Shown here piece by piece: positions 13,401 through 25,039 of a stretch of DNA of 64,000 bases. Numbering within the stretch: the first letter of the stretch is position 1; each line of letters opens with the position of its first letter. This stretch comes from Phoronis australis. Lineage: Eukaryota; Animalia; Phoronida. The DNA is taken from the NCBI GenBank assembly GCA_002633005.1, contig NMRA01000450.1:62001-126000 (forward strand). Reading direction: 5' to 3'. The notes beneath the pieces were generated by a model. That model saw only the letters and a list, made by a program, of their open reading frames with translations. It was not told the origin of the DNA and ran no database searches. Both the position numbers and the translations under genes were made by a program.

Positions 13401-16148
13401 GGACATCAAGGAACTGCAGTTGTCTCTTGGTGCCAAAACTTGCGCAGTTTTGCCATTTGCGTATGCAATCGGCGGTTGCAACACAACATTACAGCTGTTC
13501 GGTATTAGCAAAGGCTCTCCCATTCAAGAAACTGCGTGATCGAGAATTCTGCAAAAACTCTAAGAGTGTTCACTAGACACATGCAGCTGAAGCAAGACAT
13601 ATTTGGCTGGTAAAAGTTGTATCTGTGCTTCATGGCGGTACTGGCTCTGGAAATTTGGATGATTTGCGATACAGGCAATTTGTGGATGAGGTGTCGGACT
13701 AGTCACAGCCCAAATACAGTCATTATCACCACCTTTCTTCAGTAGCTAAATTCCATGCTGCCGGGACATATTATCAAGAGCAAGAGCGGTCAAGTTTCCG
13801 TGGCAGTGGCCTAGACTTGCTGTATTGGGGATGGATGCTGGCAGGTGGAAAATTCATTCCCACGACGACGGACCATTCAGCAGCACCAGAGAACATGCTG
13901 AAAGTAGTGAGATGCTCGTGTAAGACCAACTGCAGTTCCAAGAGATGTACTTGCAAGAAGTAAGGATAGGCGTACTCGGTTGCATGTGGAGAATGCCGTG
14001 GTTTTAGCTGCAGCAATTCATTCTGAGTTGACAGAGATTAGTTGTGTAAATACTGGTTGATTGTGTATAGATTCACTAGCATTTACAACTAACTGGAAGT
14101 GACACAGACAGTGTGGATAGTATATCATTGAATTAAAGGCGAAGGCAACATGTTTTCATTTCATTTTTAGCAAAAGTGAGGTTCGTTGATTATCCCAGAC
14201 ATATTTTTCACTTATTTACTGCTTTTTGTACTTTAATTAATTACTCGTCGTACACTCCGGAAGTGACGTTTTGGGAGGCAAGAATTTCGCGCCAATTTCT
14301 TTTCATAAAGTCTGACTGTGAAAGCTGTCGAGTAAGTCATTGTTCTACCTCGGTTGTGATAAGTTTGGTCGTCGTTTGCTTTTGCTTACGATTCAGTCAA
14401 CATGCCACGCTGTTGTTGCGCACTGGGCTGTACTCATTATCGTCTCAAGTACAGAGAAAGAACTGTCCCACTTGCCCGAGTGTCCCGAGACACAATCCCA
14501 CTGGAGGGTGATCTGAGCACCCAAACTGCTAACATCCCGCCGTGTGACTCCCTCGCCACACACCTGGCACCCTCTAAATAGCTCCAATACAAGCCCACAA
14601 TAAACTTATTAAACTTAGGCTCACCGATCTGTTCATTGGAGGACGAACTGTCCTCTTCACTGGGTGTCGAACTGGGCCTGTATTCACTCCCACTACTCAA
14701 CATCGCTGCAGGGCTGCTTACAGGCTCTGGGCTAGAGACAACAGCACAGGGCGAATCACTGCTAGTTCCCGGAATTGCACGCAATGGGATACGTTCGGAG
14801 GCACGGGTGACAGTAGATGAAGTGCCTCCAGTCACTGTATATAGTGGCCGTACAGCTCGCCAGGCTTCTCGCTTCAAAAACAGACTTCTCGGGGTGGCGA
14901 CGGGGCACTGCCGGGAATCAACAGCGACGGTATGGTACCCTTCTTCAGACGTTGTTTCGCAGGGACCTTCATCAATTCTGCGTACATATCTCTGTCAGTA
15001 ATCTGACGGCAGAAAATGCTTGCCACACTCCACTGCTGTGTACGTTTCGTGGACGGGTAGCGCTGCGTTCTTCACATGAACGAGCTAGCCAAGTACCGCG
15101 AAGTGTGTCATCCTTCGGAAAGCGACGCAAGGTACCCAAAGCGCGTGTGAGACGATAATGAGTACATCCCGGCACGCAGCAACAGCGTGGCATGTTGACT
15201 GACTTGTAAACAAAAGCAAACGACGACCAAACTTATCACAACCAAGGTAGATCAATGAGCGACTCGACAGCCCTCACAGTCAGACTATAATGAAAAAAAA
15301 TTGGCGCAAAACTCTTGCCTCCCAAAACGTCACTTCCGGGTAGAGGACAAGAAATTAATCAAACTACGAAAAGCTGCAATTAAGTGAAAAATGTGTCTGG
15401 GATAATCAACGAACCTTATTTTTGCTAAAAGTGACATAAAAAAGGTTGCCTTCGCCTTTAATTGCAGAGAGTTATTTTCAATACAGCACATTTTTCAGGA
15501 GGAGAATGATCCTTCAGTTCAGGCAAATCTGATGTTTTGACCCAAATAAGTTAATCGTTAAACCATTTTGAAAATGGTAGTCGTAATCATCAAACAGACA
15601 AAAAATATTGTAATGGATGTGCTGTCTTAAAAAAACCAGGATATGGCGTGTCTCTGGAATCTGAAGTTCTTACACGAAGCAACTATTTGGTGGCCATCTT
15701 AGAATATGGCGGAAGTAATCATTAGAGCTAAACGCAATGAGTCTAAATGGATTAGTCGACCCAGAAAACCTATGATGGAGTGCTTGAAGCAAGACGACAC
15801 ACTAATCTGTTCGTGTGAAGTTGTGCGACTCAAGTAGATTTGGCGGCCATCTTGGAAAATGGCGGACGGTGTAACCACAGCCATGTAAAACCATTTCCAA
15901 TGGATTTTTGACCCACAAAACATAGGTAAACCTTTTTGAATTTTTACTCTATCACATTCCACTCTTGAGTTATAGTGCGCATCAGAAAATCTGGCGGCCA
16001 TTTTGTCCGCCATCTTGAAAAACCAACTTCCGCCACTCCCATTCCGGTAGACTTTTTTTTTCCCACTAAGGGGTGTGAAAGGATACGATTTATGCAATAA
16101 AACCTTCTGTTGCAATTTTTCCGGGTTATCCGTAGAATGACTGGACTA
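10473..16148 (+). mobile_element. Decayed Academ (AcademX-type) DNA transposon inside an intron of ShKT gene B
   Basis: Ends TAGTCCAGTCATTCTA / TAGAATGACTGGACTA, ~160-bp imperfect TIRs, TTT on both flanks (3-bp TSD), repeated AAAATGGCGGCC-type subterminal motifs. Frameshifted ORF 11.6-14.0 kb contains VRGHMLVDSAL, AAGHNLYAKS, XPG/PIN-like HVIDGGSLLH...VVFDGY and AIGGCNTT, and a C-terminal CSCKTNCSSKRCTC...CGECRGFSCSN Cys cluster. Confidence 0.8.
14137..15457 (-). mobile_element. Non-autonomous Kolobok-type element (THAP remnant), nested in the Academ element
   Basis: TTAA on both sides, termini AGGCGAAGGCAAC / GTTGCCTTCGCCT, ~280-bp TIRs. THAP start MPRCCCVPGC...RRFPKD...W at 15193, and LELFRGCQVC...LQWDCVSGHSGKWDSS, typical of the Kolobok transposase N-terminus. 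Confidence 0.8.
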
Positions 16149-16998
16149 TTTCCTGTTCAGTGACTTTACCAGACGTAGGGGGTTTTGAGCGTGTGATAAC
16201 ATATAGCTTCGTTGTTAACTGCCAAGCACCGCACTCTTTTGTCTGTTATGACAACAAGCAGCTAATATAGGTATGTTTTGATGAAGAATGTCTTTGAAGT
16301 TGAGCCTCATGTGCTTTTAGACTTAAGCTTACAAACACGTAGAGCATAAAACGCAAAAAACAATTTCAAGCTCGATTCCGAGAACAAAGATTAGGGCTTA
16401 GGGCAAGTCTATGTCTTTAAATCCCAAAGAGCTTCGTTATAAACAGCGTCTTATTCCTGTTTCAGTGATATACCTTGTTTAAAGTTACCTGTAAGAACGA
16501 CATAGGCAATGTCGTGATTGAAAAAGATCAGGCATGCCTCAAAATCCATTTCCACACGGGCTTTTCACGAACTATTCAAATATGTTATTTTCAAATTGTC
16601 AAAACGAAAATTCAAAAATACTATTGTCGCCTCTAATGTGTTTATGATGGTCTAATTATCTATAGAATGGTAACATTAGCAGCCTGAGGTGATTTAATCA
16701 ACCACAACAACACGGTGTCTTTGTTCTGAACCGGCAAATTCTGTGGTGCGCAAGCCTGTCGAGTTGCCCAATCTCTACCGGTTAGAGTGTCAACGTTGGA
16801 TTTTTTCATGAAAAAATTACATGAACATTGAATTTGAAAAGATGCACCAAATTAAGTAAAAATGTGCACTTTTAATCGCGAGAACTCTTTACGTTTGAAA
16901 AGTATACATATAAACGACACCTATTTCAAGCCTCCTACATATTAAATTCAGGTCTCTCTTGTTGTTGCTGAAATCGGCATTTCTGCCTATATTTTCAG

Positions 16999-17109
16999 CT
17001 TGTTGCGACCAAGATGAAAATTACTGCGATATTTACGCGGCTGTCACTTGTCAAAATAGTGAGGTAACAAGAAGACGTTGCCGCCTTTCCTGTGGACTAT
17101 GCAAGCAAA
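16999..17109 (+). CDS. ShKT gene B internal exon (ShKT domain 1)
   Basis: TTTTCAG acceptor, GTAGGT donor; 111 nt, phase 1-1. (A)CCDQDENYCDIYAAVTCQNSEVTRRRCRLSCGLCKQ. Confidence 0.85.
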
Positions 17110-17738
17110 GTAGGTGTTTTGTTGTCGTTGGCTTTGTTAATGTTGTTTGCTCTCCAACTCATCGACCAAAGTATCTACGTTGATTCGGTTATGAGGTTTG
17201 AATCAAACGTTTTGCATATGGAATAGCTGCGTGGCTTACTTTTAATTTTACAACGCTGAACAGTAGTAAGAATCGTGAAACCATCATTTTTCTTTGTTTC
17301 CCGTATTCAAAGAATGTGAGTTTAATTCGCTGACAGAGTATCGACGTCAATTAACTTTGGTTTTTGTGTCTTCATCGTACATTAGTTACAGCTCAGCCCA
17401 TATAATCAAATGTGGTGCGGCGTAGACGACAGAATTCAACAATGGGACCAAACTTTCTGGCAACCGGTGTGCAGCTGCATTTAGTTGCAATATGTGAGCG
17501 CCTTGCAACGCACACGAGGTGGCAAACATGAAATTCGAATGAGTTTCGACCAAAGCTGTTGCATTTGCAATGAACAGGAGAGGTCATGAGTTTTGTTCGG
17601 GGGTGGGTTATGCCCACGTGGTTACGCCAGACCAAGAGCAGGTCACTAGCACTTTGGTAGGCTGAAAATGTGATTTGTTATTTATTAGCAAGTGTTTGCT
17701 GTAGAGTGCACTTTTCAAGTCACCCTCTTGCATTACAG

Positions 17739-17908
17739 CGTGCAAAGACCGACTGCATCACTGCCATTCACTTGTTAATCAATGCCAAGATGAGAAGCGC
17801 AAAGAAGGGATGAAGTACTACTGTGCTGCCACGTGTAAATTCTGCAAATCTTGCGGATCTCGTTACCGATCAGTGGCCATCCAGAAGGGAAAGTGGGGCG
17901 ACATGTAG
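17739..17908 (+). CDS. ShKT gene B terminal coding exon (ShKT domain 2)
   Basis: TTACAG acceptor. (T)CKDRLHHCHSLVNQCQDEKRKEGMKYYCAATCKFCKSCGSRYRSVAIQKGKWGDM, then TAG. A homologous decayed copy at 62165 supports the exon. Confidence 0.85.
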
Positions 17909-18682
17909 TACATGAGACCCACTCTATTGTTCCTTTCACCTAAGTCTTCATTTACAGCTTGGTGTAAACCGTGTAGTTTACATTAAGATATCTTGAAAAA
18001 TCTTAGGACTTTCAATCGATATCCGAATACATCTGTAGTCCTTGATATTGGTTCAAGTACGTGGTTCCAGTTGCTAGGTTGTGAGTAAAGGAAATGATGG
18101 ACACTTAATCCGATGTGACGATCCTTGCGTACATCATCACTGACCTAAGACTGCTTATTCTAGAGGATATTCAGTGTTCACTTCCGGGAGTAAACCTGAA
18201 TCTTTTAGCATTACTTCAGAACTATGATGATTCTAAAACTAAGCTAGCTGTAGATGTAACCAAGCAGGTGCATAGCTATCCTATACTTGCACCATAGACA
18301 AAAATTAAAAAAACAAAACGTTACCTTGTGATTGCAAGTTCATTTTCAATATATTGTTAAGTAATGAACAAAAATGTCATCAGCAAAAGGTGAACCACGA
18401 TAACCACAATTAAACTGTCAAACTTTTGTGGCAGGAATTGTGTGTGCGTCCTAGACAAAAGTGACTAGCTACTTTCCTGTTGCGTCTGAAAAGTTTTTGG
18501 TATCAGCTTGAACCTTGTTCTCTTGGCTTTAAACTGTTGTCGTAAAAATATTTGCTTGGGGCAGTTTACCTTGGCCTCGTTGTGGCAACTGTTAATAGAG
18601 AAATTTCCATTAGTGTCATACTTTCCTTAGCCAATTTTAACCCCGCGGTAAAATTGTTACGAAAGCTGTGAAGTATATGGGC

Positions 18683-18688
18683 AATAAA
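18683..18688 (+). terminator. Candidate polyadenylation signal (AATAAA) for ShKT gene B
   Basis: AATAAA ~780 nt after the stop codon, with T/GT-rich sequence downstream. Confidence 0.35.
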
Positions 18689-20519
18689 TACAATTGTTAA
18701 ACAACAGTGACGAGATGTACTGTTTGCTTTTCCATTTAAATGTTGTAGCCTTTCATATTAGAGCCTCCTTCCAGACGGAAGCCTCTCTTTGAGGGTGGCT
18801 TCCGGCAATTACTCGTTCGTAACGTTTCTGTGAGTCCAGCACTGTGAATTACTCATAAGAGAAGTAGGCAAAATTTCAAATTGGTCGAAAAAAATGCAGA
18901 ACATGTTTTCGTGAAGCACAGCAGCATCAGTAGAGCATGCTGTCCAAACGACCAGAAATGTCGCGTTTTGTATTGAAAATACCAATGAAATTGACCACCT
19001 TCGAAAGCAAGATAGTATAAGTCCCTTTTATCTTCAGCATTTTTTACACCCGCACGTAAATATACACCGTACGTAAATCTACACTGGGTGCAAATGTAAG
19101 TTTAGATCGTGGTTGCATGGGGGAGAAGAAAGAGAATTTTGCGCCCATTACTCTACACATTTCTTTGTGAAGTCTACACGAGCAACGTTTGCTAGTATAG
19201 ACAATGTTCTTCTTGAACCTGGGCAGCTTTGGGGCTCGGTGATCGATCCCCACGGGACTGCTTTTGGAACCATCTCGCAAACGTCAAGTATGCACACATT
19301 AAGAACGGTAGAGAGTACTGGCAAAACACGAAGGGTGATTCGAAAATTGTCAAGTGTTAAATACACTTCAAACGTTATATAGGCACAATTTGCCAAGAAT
19401 TCCTCGAATGCTTTTCAAATGTATAAGACCATCCTACTGCCAGACTGGAGTCCAGTTGAAATGAATACGTACAGGATGTAGTAACCGCACTGCTGGTAAC
19501 CTGGCAGAGTTACGAATAGACGTGATTTTCTGCTCAAAATACATGCAGGATCATTTACCACAGTCACAGACAATTTCTAAAAGGTTATTCCGCGCAAAAT
19601 TTCCACAAGGCCATCCCATGAATGGTAAACTTGGGATTTCCCAATTGCGGCAGACCAGTCATGGTACCAATGAAAGTTGCATAATGATGATGGCGTCCGA
19701 AATATTTTTCACGATTTTTATTTCAACAACATGGTTCTAGTATTCGATTATTTTGATGTGTAATTACTAATACCGATTATTATATTAGTGACGTAAAGAC
19801 ATGATGGCTTGTTCATGACGTGCTGGCTTTTCAATGTTCAAAGTGAACAACCAACTTAGTTGTAAAGCTGATTTGTCCTGATGAGTTATGGGTATTAAAC
19901 CTCTTAGAGAAGATACATATCCAATTAAACCGTGGCATTAAGAATGCAAAAGTTTCCGCACTACCACCACCTTTCCAACAAAAGACCGTATCAAACCACA
20001 TGACAACGGAGGATCGTTTGGACGTTCAACAGCACATCCCAGCAGTGGCCATTTATAAATGAAAGCAGGTGGCGGCGCTGTGGTTGCAAGACGCCAATTC
20101 TATTGTTCTTTCCACCTAAGTCGTGACCTACAACTTGATGTATACAGTGTAGCTTAGATTTAAGATGGCTTGCCAAACGATAATGGTTTCAACCGATGTC
20201 TGACACATGAACTGACGTGGCCAGAAGGACGTGCAAAGGCGTTACATATGTAAGTAGGAAGTCTGTGGTGTTAGTGGACAAATTTAGAAGTTATATATAT
20301 ATCTCCTGAGGGGTCAGTCCAGTGTGTTGTAGTAAGGTGTCGACGGTTTTGAGTGCGACTGGTATTATAATTTTTTCGTTATATTTATTATCATTGATAA
20401 ACAAACAAGTACATCTATTCATACAGGAATACACACCTCAGGATAGACCATTCTCGTATCTCATATAAAGTAAACAAAAGCAATAAGGAGATTACGAACC
20501 TTACCGTCCAGATTAAAAC

Positions 20520-21140
20520 CTAACGGTAAAGGGTCGTTACCGAAAAGCGGCGGCAGGCTGTGCGGTGAAGCGGGTGGTAGCGGTCCAAGTCCGGTGGCGG
20601 AGACGGCAGCAGGTTGAGGCGCCGGTGCAGGGGCGGTGGTAGATGGAGAACATAGCGGAGGGGGGATTGGGTGGAGTGGAAGTAGGTGAAATTGTGGATA
20701 ATGCGGGTGTAAGCGTGAATGGTAGCGGGTGCGAGGGATGAGGAGAGGAGGTGGTCTAGAATGTGAGGAGGGCTGGAGGGATGGGGGTAGGGAACCGGTC
20801 GAGCCACAGAGCCATGGAGAAGGCGTCCTGAAATTGAAAACGAGAGAGCCTATCAGCGACAAAGTTGGAGGAACCGGGAACATGTTTTGCACGAACAAAG
20901 ATGTTGAGGCGAAGACAGGAGACTACGAGACGGCGAACAAGACTCATAATGTCCCTGTTGACCGATGAAGATTTGTTAATAATCTCGACCACGGCGGAGT
21001 TGTCGCACATGAAAAGGAGGCAGTGATTGGAGAGCTTGTGACCCCAAATCTCAATGGAGAGGACGATTGGGAAGAGTTTTTTGAAAGTGATGTGGAAGTC
21101 AGAGGTAGACGGGGGCCAGTAGCCCGAGAACCAGTGGGAG
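20520..21140 (-). mobile_element. DIRS/Ngaro-type tyrosine-recombinase retrotransposon fragment (RNase H plus start of recombinase ORF)
   Basis: HITFKKLFPIVLSIEIWG...CDNSAVVEIINK...AKHVPGSSNFVADRLSR is a DIRS RNase H. An overlapping frame gives LSSSLAPATIHAY, typical of the recombinase N-terminal region. Confidence 0.8.
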
Positions 21141-21914
21141 CTGAGGATGGCAGCAGTTGGCTCTTTGGTGTACCCACGTGGTACTTCATATGATATTTGC
21201 CCATTTGGCAGTTTGTACCCACTTGGTACTAATTGTTATGGATTTTGCCGTTTTGCTCGACCCAGTTGGTAGGCAATCAGCCAATACGCATTTGGTATTA
21301 TGTACCTATTTGGTACTATGCTAACCTGTACCACTTAGTATCCGATACTCAATTACACTTTGGGTATCGGAAATGTGTGTGTTATCTCTTGTAATTAAGG
21401 AACCCATCTGGTCCTTTTCACCTCATCTCGGTCTATTCCATTATTCCCTTGTATAGGACTACACGTCGTTTTTCCAGCCTTCGCATTGGTCTGCTGTTAT
21501 CACGTGCCTCGAGTTTGGTCACCTCTTGGCTTTTATAGGCTAATGATTGTCACGTGTCTTTAGGGGTATTTTTCTTTGTTATTGTAACCTCGTTTTCAGT
21601 TCACTTTGTTCCGGACACATTGTTGTACGTCAAAAACTCATTCATAATTTTGCGCCTACAACTTATTCACTTTCGCCTTCCTCTTCAACTTTTCTCGCTT
21701 CCTTTCTCCTGCACCATCAAGCCCCTCACGGTAAGCTCTTTTTTTCTTGTTCTCACCGATGCCTATTCATTGTGCTTGTCTTGTTTCGTCCTACGTTCCT
21801 ACGTCCGGCGGGACCATTTTGCCTAATCTCCCCCGAAACATTTTACTCTTGGGTTCGATCTCCTCCATGTCCCGTCTCATTTCCTCTCCCTCCTCGTTTT
21901 CTTGTACACATGTG

Positions 21915-22110
21915 CCCCACCCCTTTGCCCTCTGTGTCAGAGGCGCTTTGCGGCACCGTTTGCCTGCCTAGCACTGTGTGCATTGTGCTCCCACCCCCTT
22001 TGTGCCCTCTTGTCTGAGGCGCTTCGGAAATGTGTGCCTGACTAGCACTGTGTGCTTTCTCCCCNCATTCCTTTCACACATTGTGCTCCCACCCCCTGTG
22101 TGCCCTCTTG
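21915..22110. repeat. Degenerate ~67-nt tandem repeat containing a single N (22065)
   Basis: Repeated CTCCCACCCCCT(T)TGTGCCCTCTTGTC and TGCC...CTAGCACTGTGTGC units. Confidence 0.6.
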
Positions 22111-22243
22111 TCATTACCAAATATGGTGTAGGCAGACAAAAGTTAAGTAATTTCGATAGATAGTAGTCCTGATTATTGTTGTTGTCGGAAAGGCATCACC
22201 CCAAAGCTGACCAGTTGCAAAGAATTAAACAGTACACAATTAA

Positions 22244-23209
22244 ACAGTACACACCATGGATATTTGCACATTTCGAATTACCGGTGGCCACAGACTAAAT
22301 GTATGACGTAAAATTTAGCCAAAATTAATCTATGATTATTTTGTGTCATTAGCTCGAAGATTTCATTGCTCTTTCAATTTTGCCAATTTTCACATTTCCC
22401 GCCATGTGACATCATGGGTTGAACACAAGAGCTCAGCGACTAGCATTGAACAACGGCGGAGAGTAGGGAATTTGAAAGCGACAACGATTATGAGCAAGAA
22501 ATGAACAAATACTATGAAGAAACGTACGAGAATGGTTGCCAGGATGACGAAATGGGGTTGCACGAAAGCGAGAACGAGTTTGATATGTTTACAGCTGCGT
22601 ACTTTTCTATTTGGAGGCCTTAGGAACTGGATCCTCCCGCGAGAGAAGCAGCCTCGGGCTCGGCCAGTCAACCCAGTCATCCAACAGACGATCCTGAATA
22701 AAAAGCCGATGTTTCTGAATAGTAAATATTGTCCTTTATTGAACCAGGCCTTCATCGTAACATCTCCTCTGATTGGAGTCGAAACGCGACTCCTCAAAGT
22801 AGGCAGAACACAGAGTGGCTCCGGACGGAATCGCTTGGTCCACGCTGAGGTCCCACACTCTCGTTCGGCGCACGAAGCGATGCCACTACTGCGCAACATT
22901 GGCGTCCTTTGGAACACGAAGACGTTCTCCGTCTGACTGCTGTTGCTGCAGCCTCCGCAAACACATCTTTTCATCCCTCTACGAACCTTCTCGACGCTAA
23001 ATATACTTTACTTTCACTTCACTCTATACACTTAGTTGCTGATCCGAACAGTGTGCCGAACGACTTGGGTTCAACCCATGACGTTGTACATAATTTTTTT
23101 TTTCAATTTTTACGTGTTTCTTTATGAGCTGTACACTAAAGGCACTGAAATAAAGTAAGACATAATAATAAAATTTATTTTGAGGTACTAGAGTCATGTT
23201 GCGTACTCT
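22244..23209 (-). mobile_element. Internally deleted Kolobok-type element with THAP remnant
   Basis: TTAA flanks; ends ACAGTACACACCATG / CATGTTGCGTACTCT; inverted subterminal CATGGGTTGAACACAAG / CTTGGGTTCAACCCATG. THAP MKRCVCGGCSN...F-PKD...WHRFVRRTR...LCSAYF (frameshifted) from 22974. Confidence 0.7.
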
Positions 23210-23445
23210 TTAAAGTTACACAACTAGCGATACAAGTCACAGTTATTATTGTAAGCATCCCACAACTGGTTAAAGACATATGGTGAATCACTTCCTATGC
23301 ACTCATAGGAGGATACAAATATTGGTTAACAACCAATATATTTAAATAATTATACATCGTTCTTAAAACTTGCATAACATTGTGTTTAATTAGACTAATT
23401 ATCTACAGCATCAAAAATGTAACCAACACAGTTATTAAACTGTTA

Positions 23446-23700
23446 TTAAAGATTTCCTTCTCCTGAAAACAGCACTTTAAAAAATGTCACCATTGAATGA
23501 TCGAACCGGTAACCGAATTCTATTATGGAGTCTTCAATATCGGATGAAAGGTTTTCTGAAATTAGAAAATAATCTAGTCTGGATCGTTTATTTCCAGCTC
23601 CCCAAGTGCATTCTTTACTATTGGGGTTTAGTTCTCGCCACACATCAGCAATAGACAATTCTGTAAAATCTTCATCAACTTAGTCCACGACTTCGGGTTA
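23446..23700 (-). mobile_element. L1/Tx1-type LINE APE endonuclease fragment
   Basis: DVWRELNP...TW...SRLDYFLIS...DHSMV motif series. Confidence 0.8.
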
Positions 23701-24239
23701 TCAACATGTCGATAATTAAGCAAGATTAATAAGATTCATGGCACTCTGACATAACTCCTATTATCTGGGCAAATACCATTATACAGCCCTTCATGCTTTA
23801 TATCCAACTCCTATTTAGTTCCTACCAAGTCCGATGGTAGCGCTGTTCGTTCTCTCTCTCCAGCTTCCTGTTGGCCCAGCCTCAAGCAACAGTACATTCA
23901 CTAGTAAGTTTTCTTAATTAGACAATTTTATACCTAGTAGACTCCTTCCCGTTTGTCATTCATTGTCCTGGATACAATTTACTGCCCGTATGTATTACTT
24001 TTAGCCACAGATGTCTTTCCTAACGGCCGACTTCTTTCGATTCTAACATCCTTCAAACGCAGACCAATCCCTCGCCAATATTCGGCTACGCCTCCGCACA
24101 TGACCCTGGTTCCAAACAACCACTTCCCTGGGTATAACTGGGATATCTTGCTAAAATCCCCGTCTGCTTCACACCGGCTGGTATGCTCACTCAGCTTGTC
24201 CGGAACCTGTTTTGCAGGTTGTTATAGCCCAGTTGGCAA

Positions 24240-24353
24240 ACACCCCTCCCGACCTATCCCCATTCGGTGCTATGCCCATCTACAATCGTGGTTTGCGCAA
24301 ATGCTTATAGACAAAATGTTGCCCCCCCTTGTGATATCCTAGATCCGCCACTG
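24240..24353. mobile_element. End of a hAT-like MITE family (other ends at ~49563-49745 and ~53035-53226)
   Basis: CCCCATTCGGTGCTATG...CCCCTTGTGATATCCTAGATCCGCCACTG recurs at 53.1-53.2 kb and, inverted, as CAGTGGCGGATCTAGGATATCA at 49563. Confidence 0.65.
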
Positions 24354-25039
24354 TAATGTGCGTGTGGATGCGCTACAAACTGTCTCTTAAAAAACTCTGA
24401 GTATTTTGGTGTGGTCAAGGATACCATTAAATTAGTTAAACAGCAACTTTTATTTTTTACAAGATTAGCTCTAAGAATTTTGTGAGTAAATTTATTATAG
24501 AAATCAAACTAAATAAGCAACTGAAATTTCCTAACAGCTTTTTAGAAGTAAGTTGTGACGTATTGAATTACAATAAACTTCATAGAAATCGGCCTATGGT
24601 CATTTTACTATGAATGTACCTATTTTAAAAAAATATGTGCGCTTTTCCCTTTTCAAGTCGTAGGGCGCAGATTTCAAGAGGAGTCAAAATGCAGACACGG
24701 ACCAAAACCTTAGACCAACATTGGCATCCCAGAACCTGTGACCGTGTTCAATCAACAACCCGATGGGAGGATTATCATTCATCCCAGAACAACTCTCCAA
24801 TTGGAACTTCCATAAACTTTTGTTTTACTCTTTGTACATTAGTCCTCATAAACTTTGAATGTGTTAATGCATTATAAAGAGCTCTACATCTAAAACAACT
24901 AGTAAGTCGTCTGATCTATTCTTCGTGCTACGGCATAGATTATGACATTTACATATTTGGTAATTGGTTGCCTGTATGCATAGTCAGTAAAAGGCATTTT
25001 GGCACCAAATTTCATCATGAGTGTGTGACCTATTGATCG

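Noticed and set aside
14437-15158. Several overlapping 110-146-aa ORFs (also at 29376-29776)
   Set aside because: Alternative or antisense frames of the Kolobok THAP remnant, not host genes.
19260-19740. Possible further LINE fragment (FQMYKTILLP...WSP)
   Set aside because: Only faint motif resemblance; boundaries cannot be defined.
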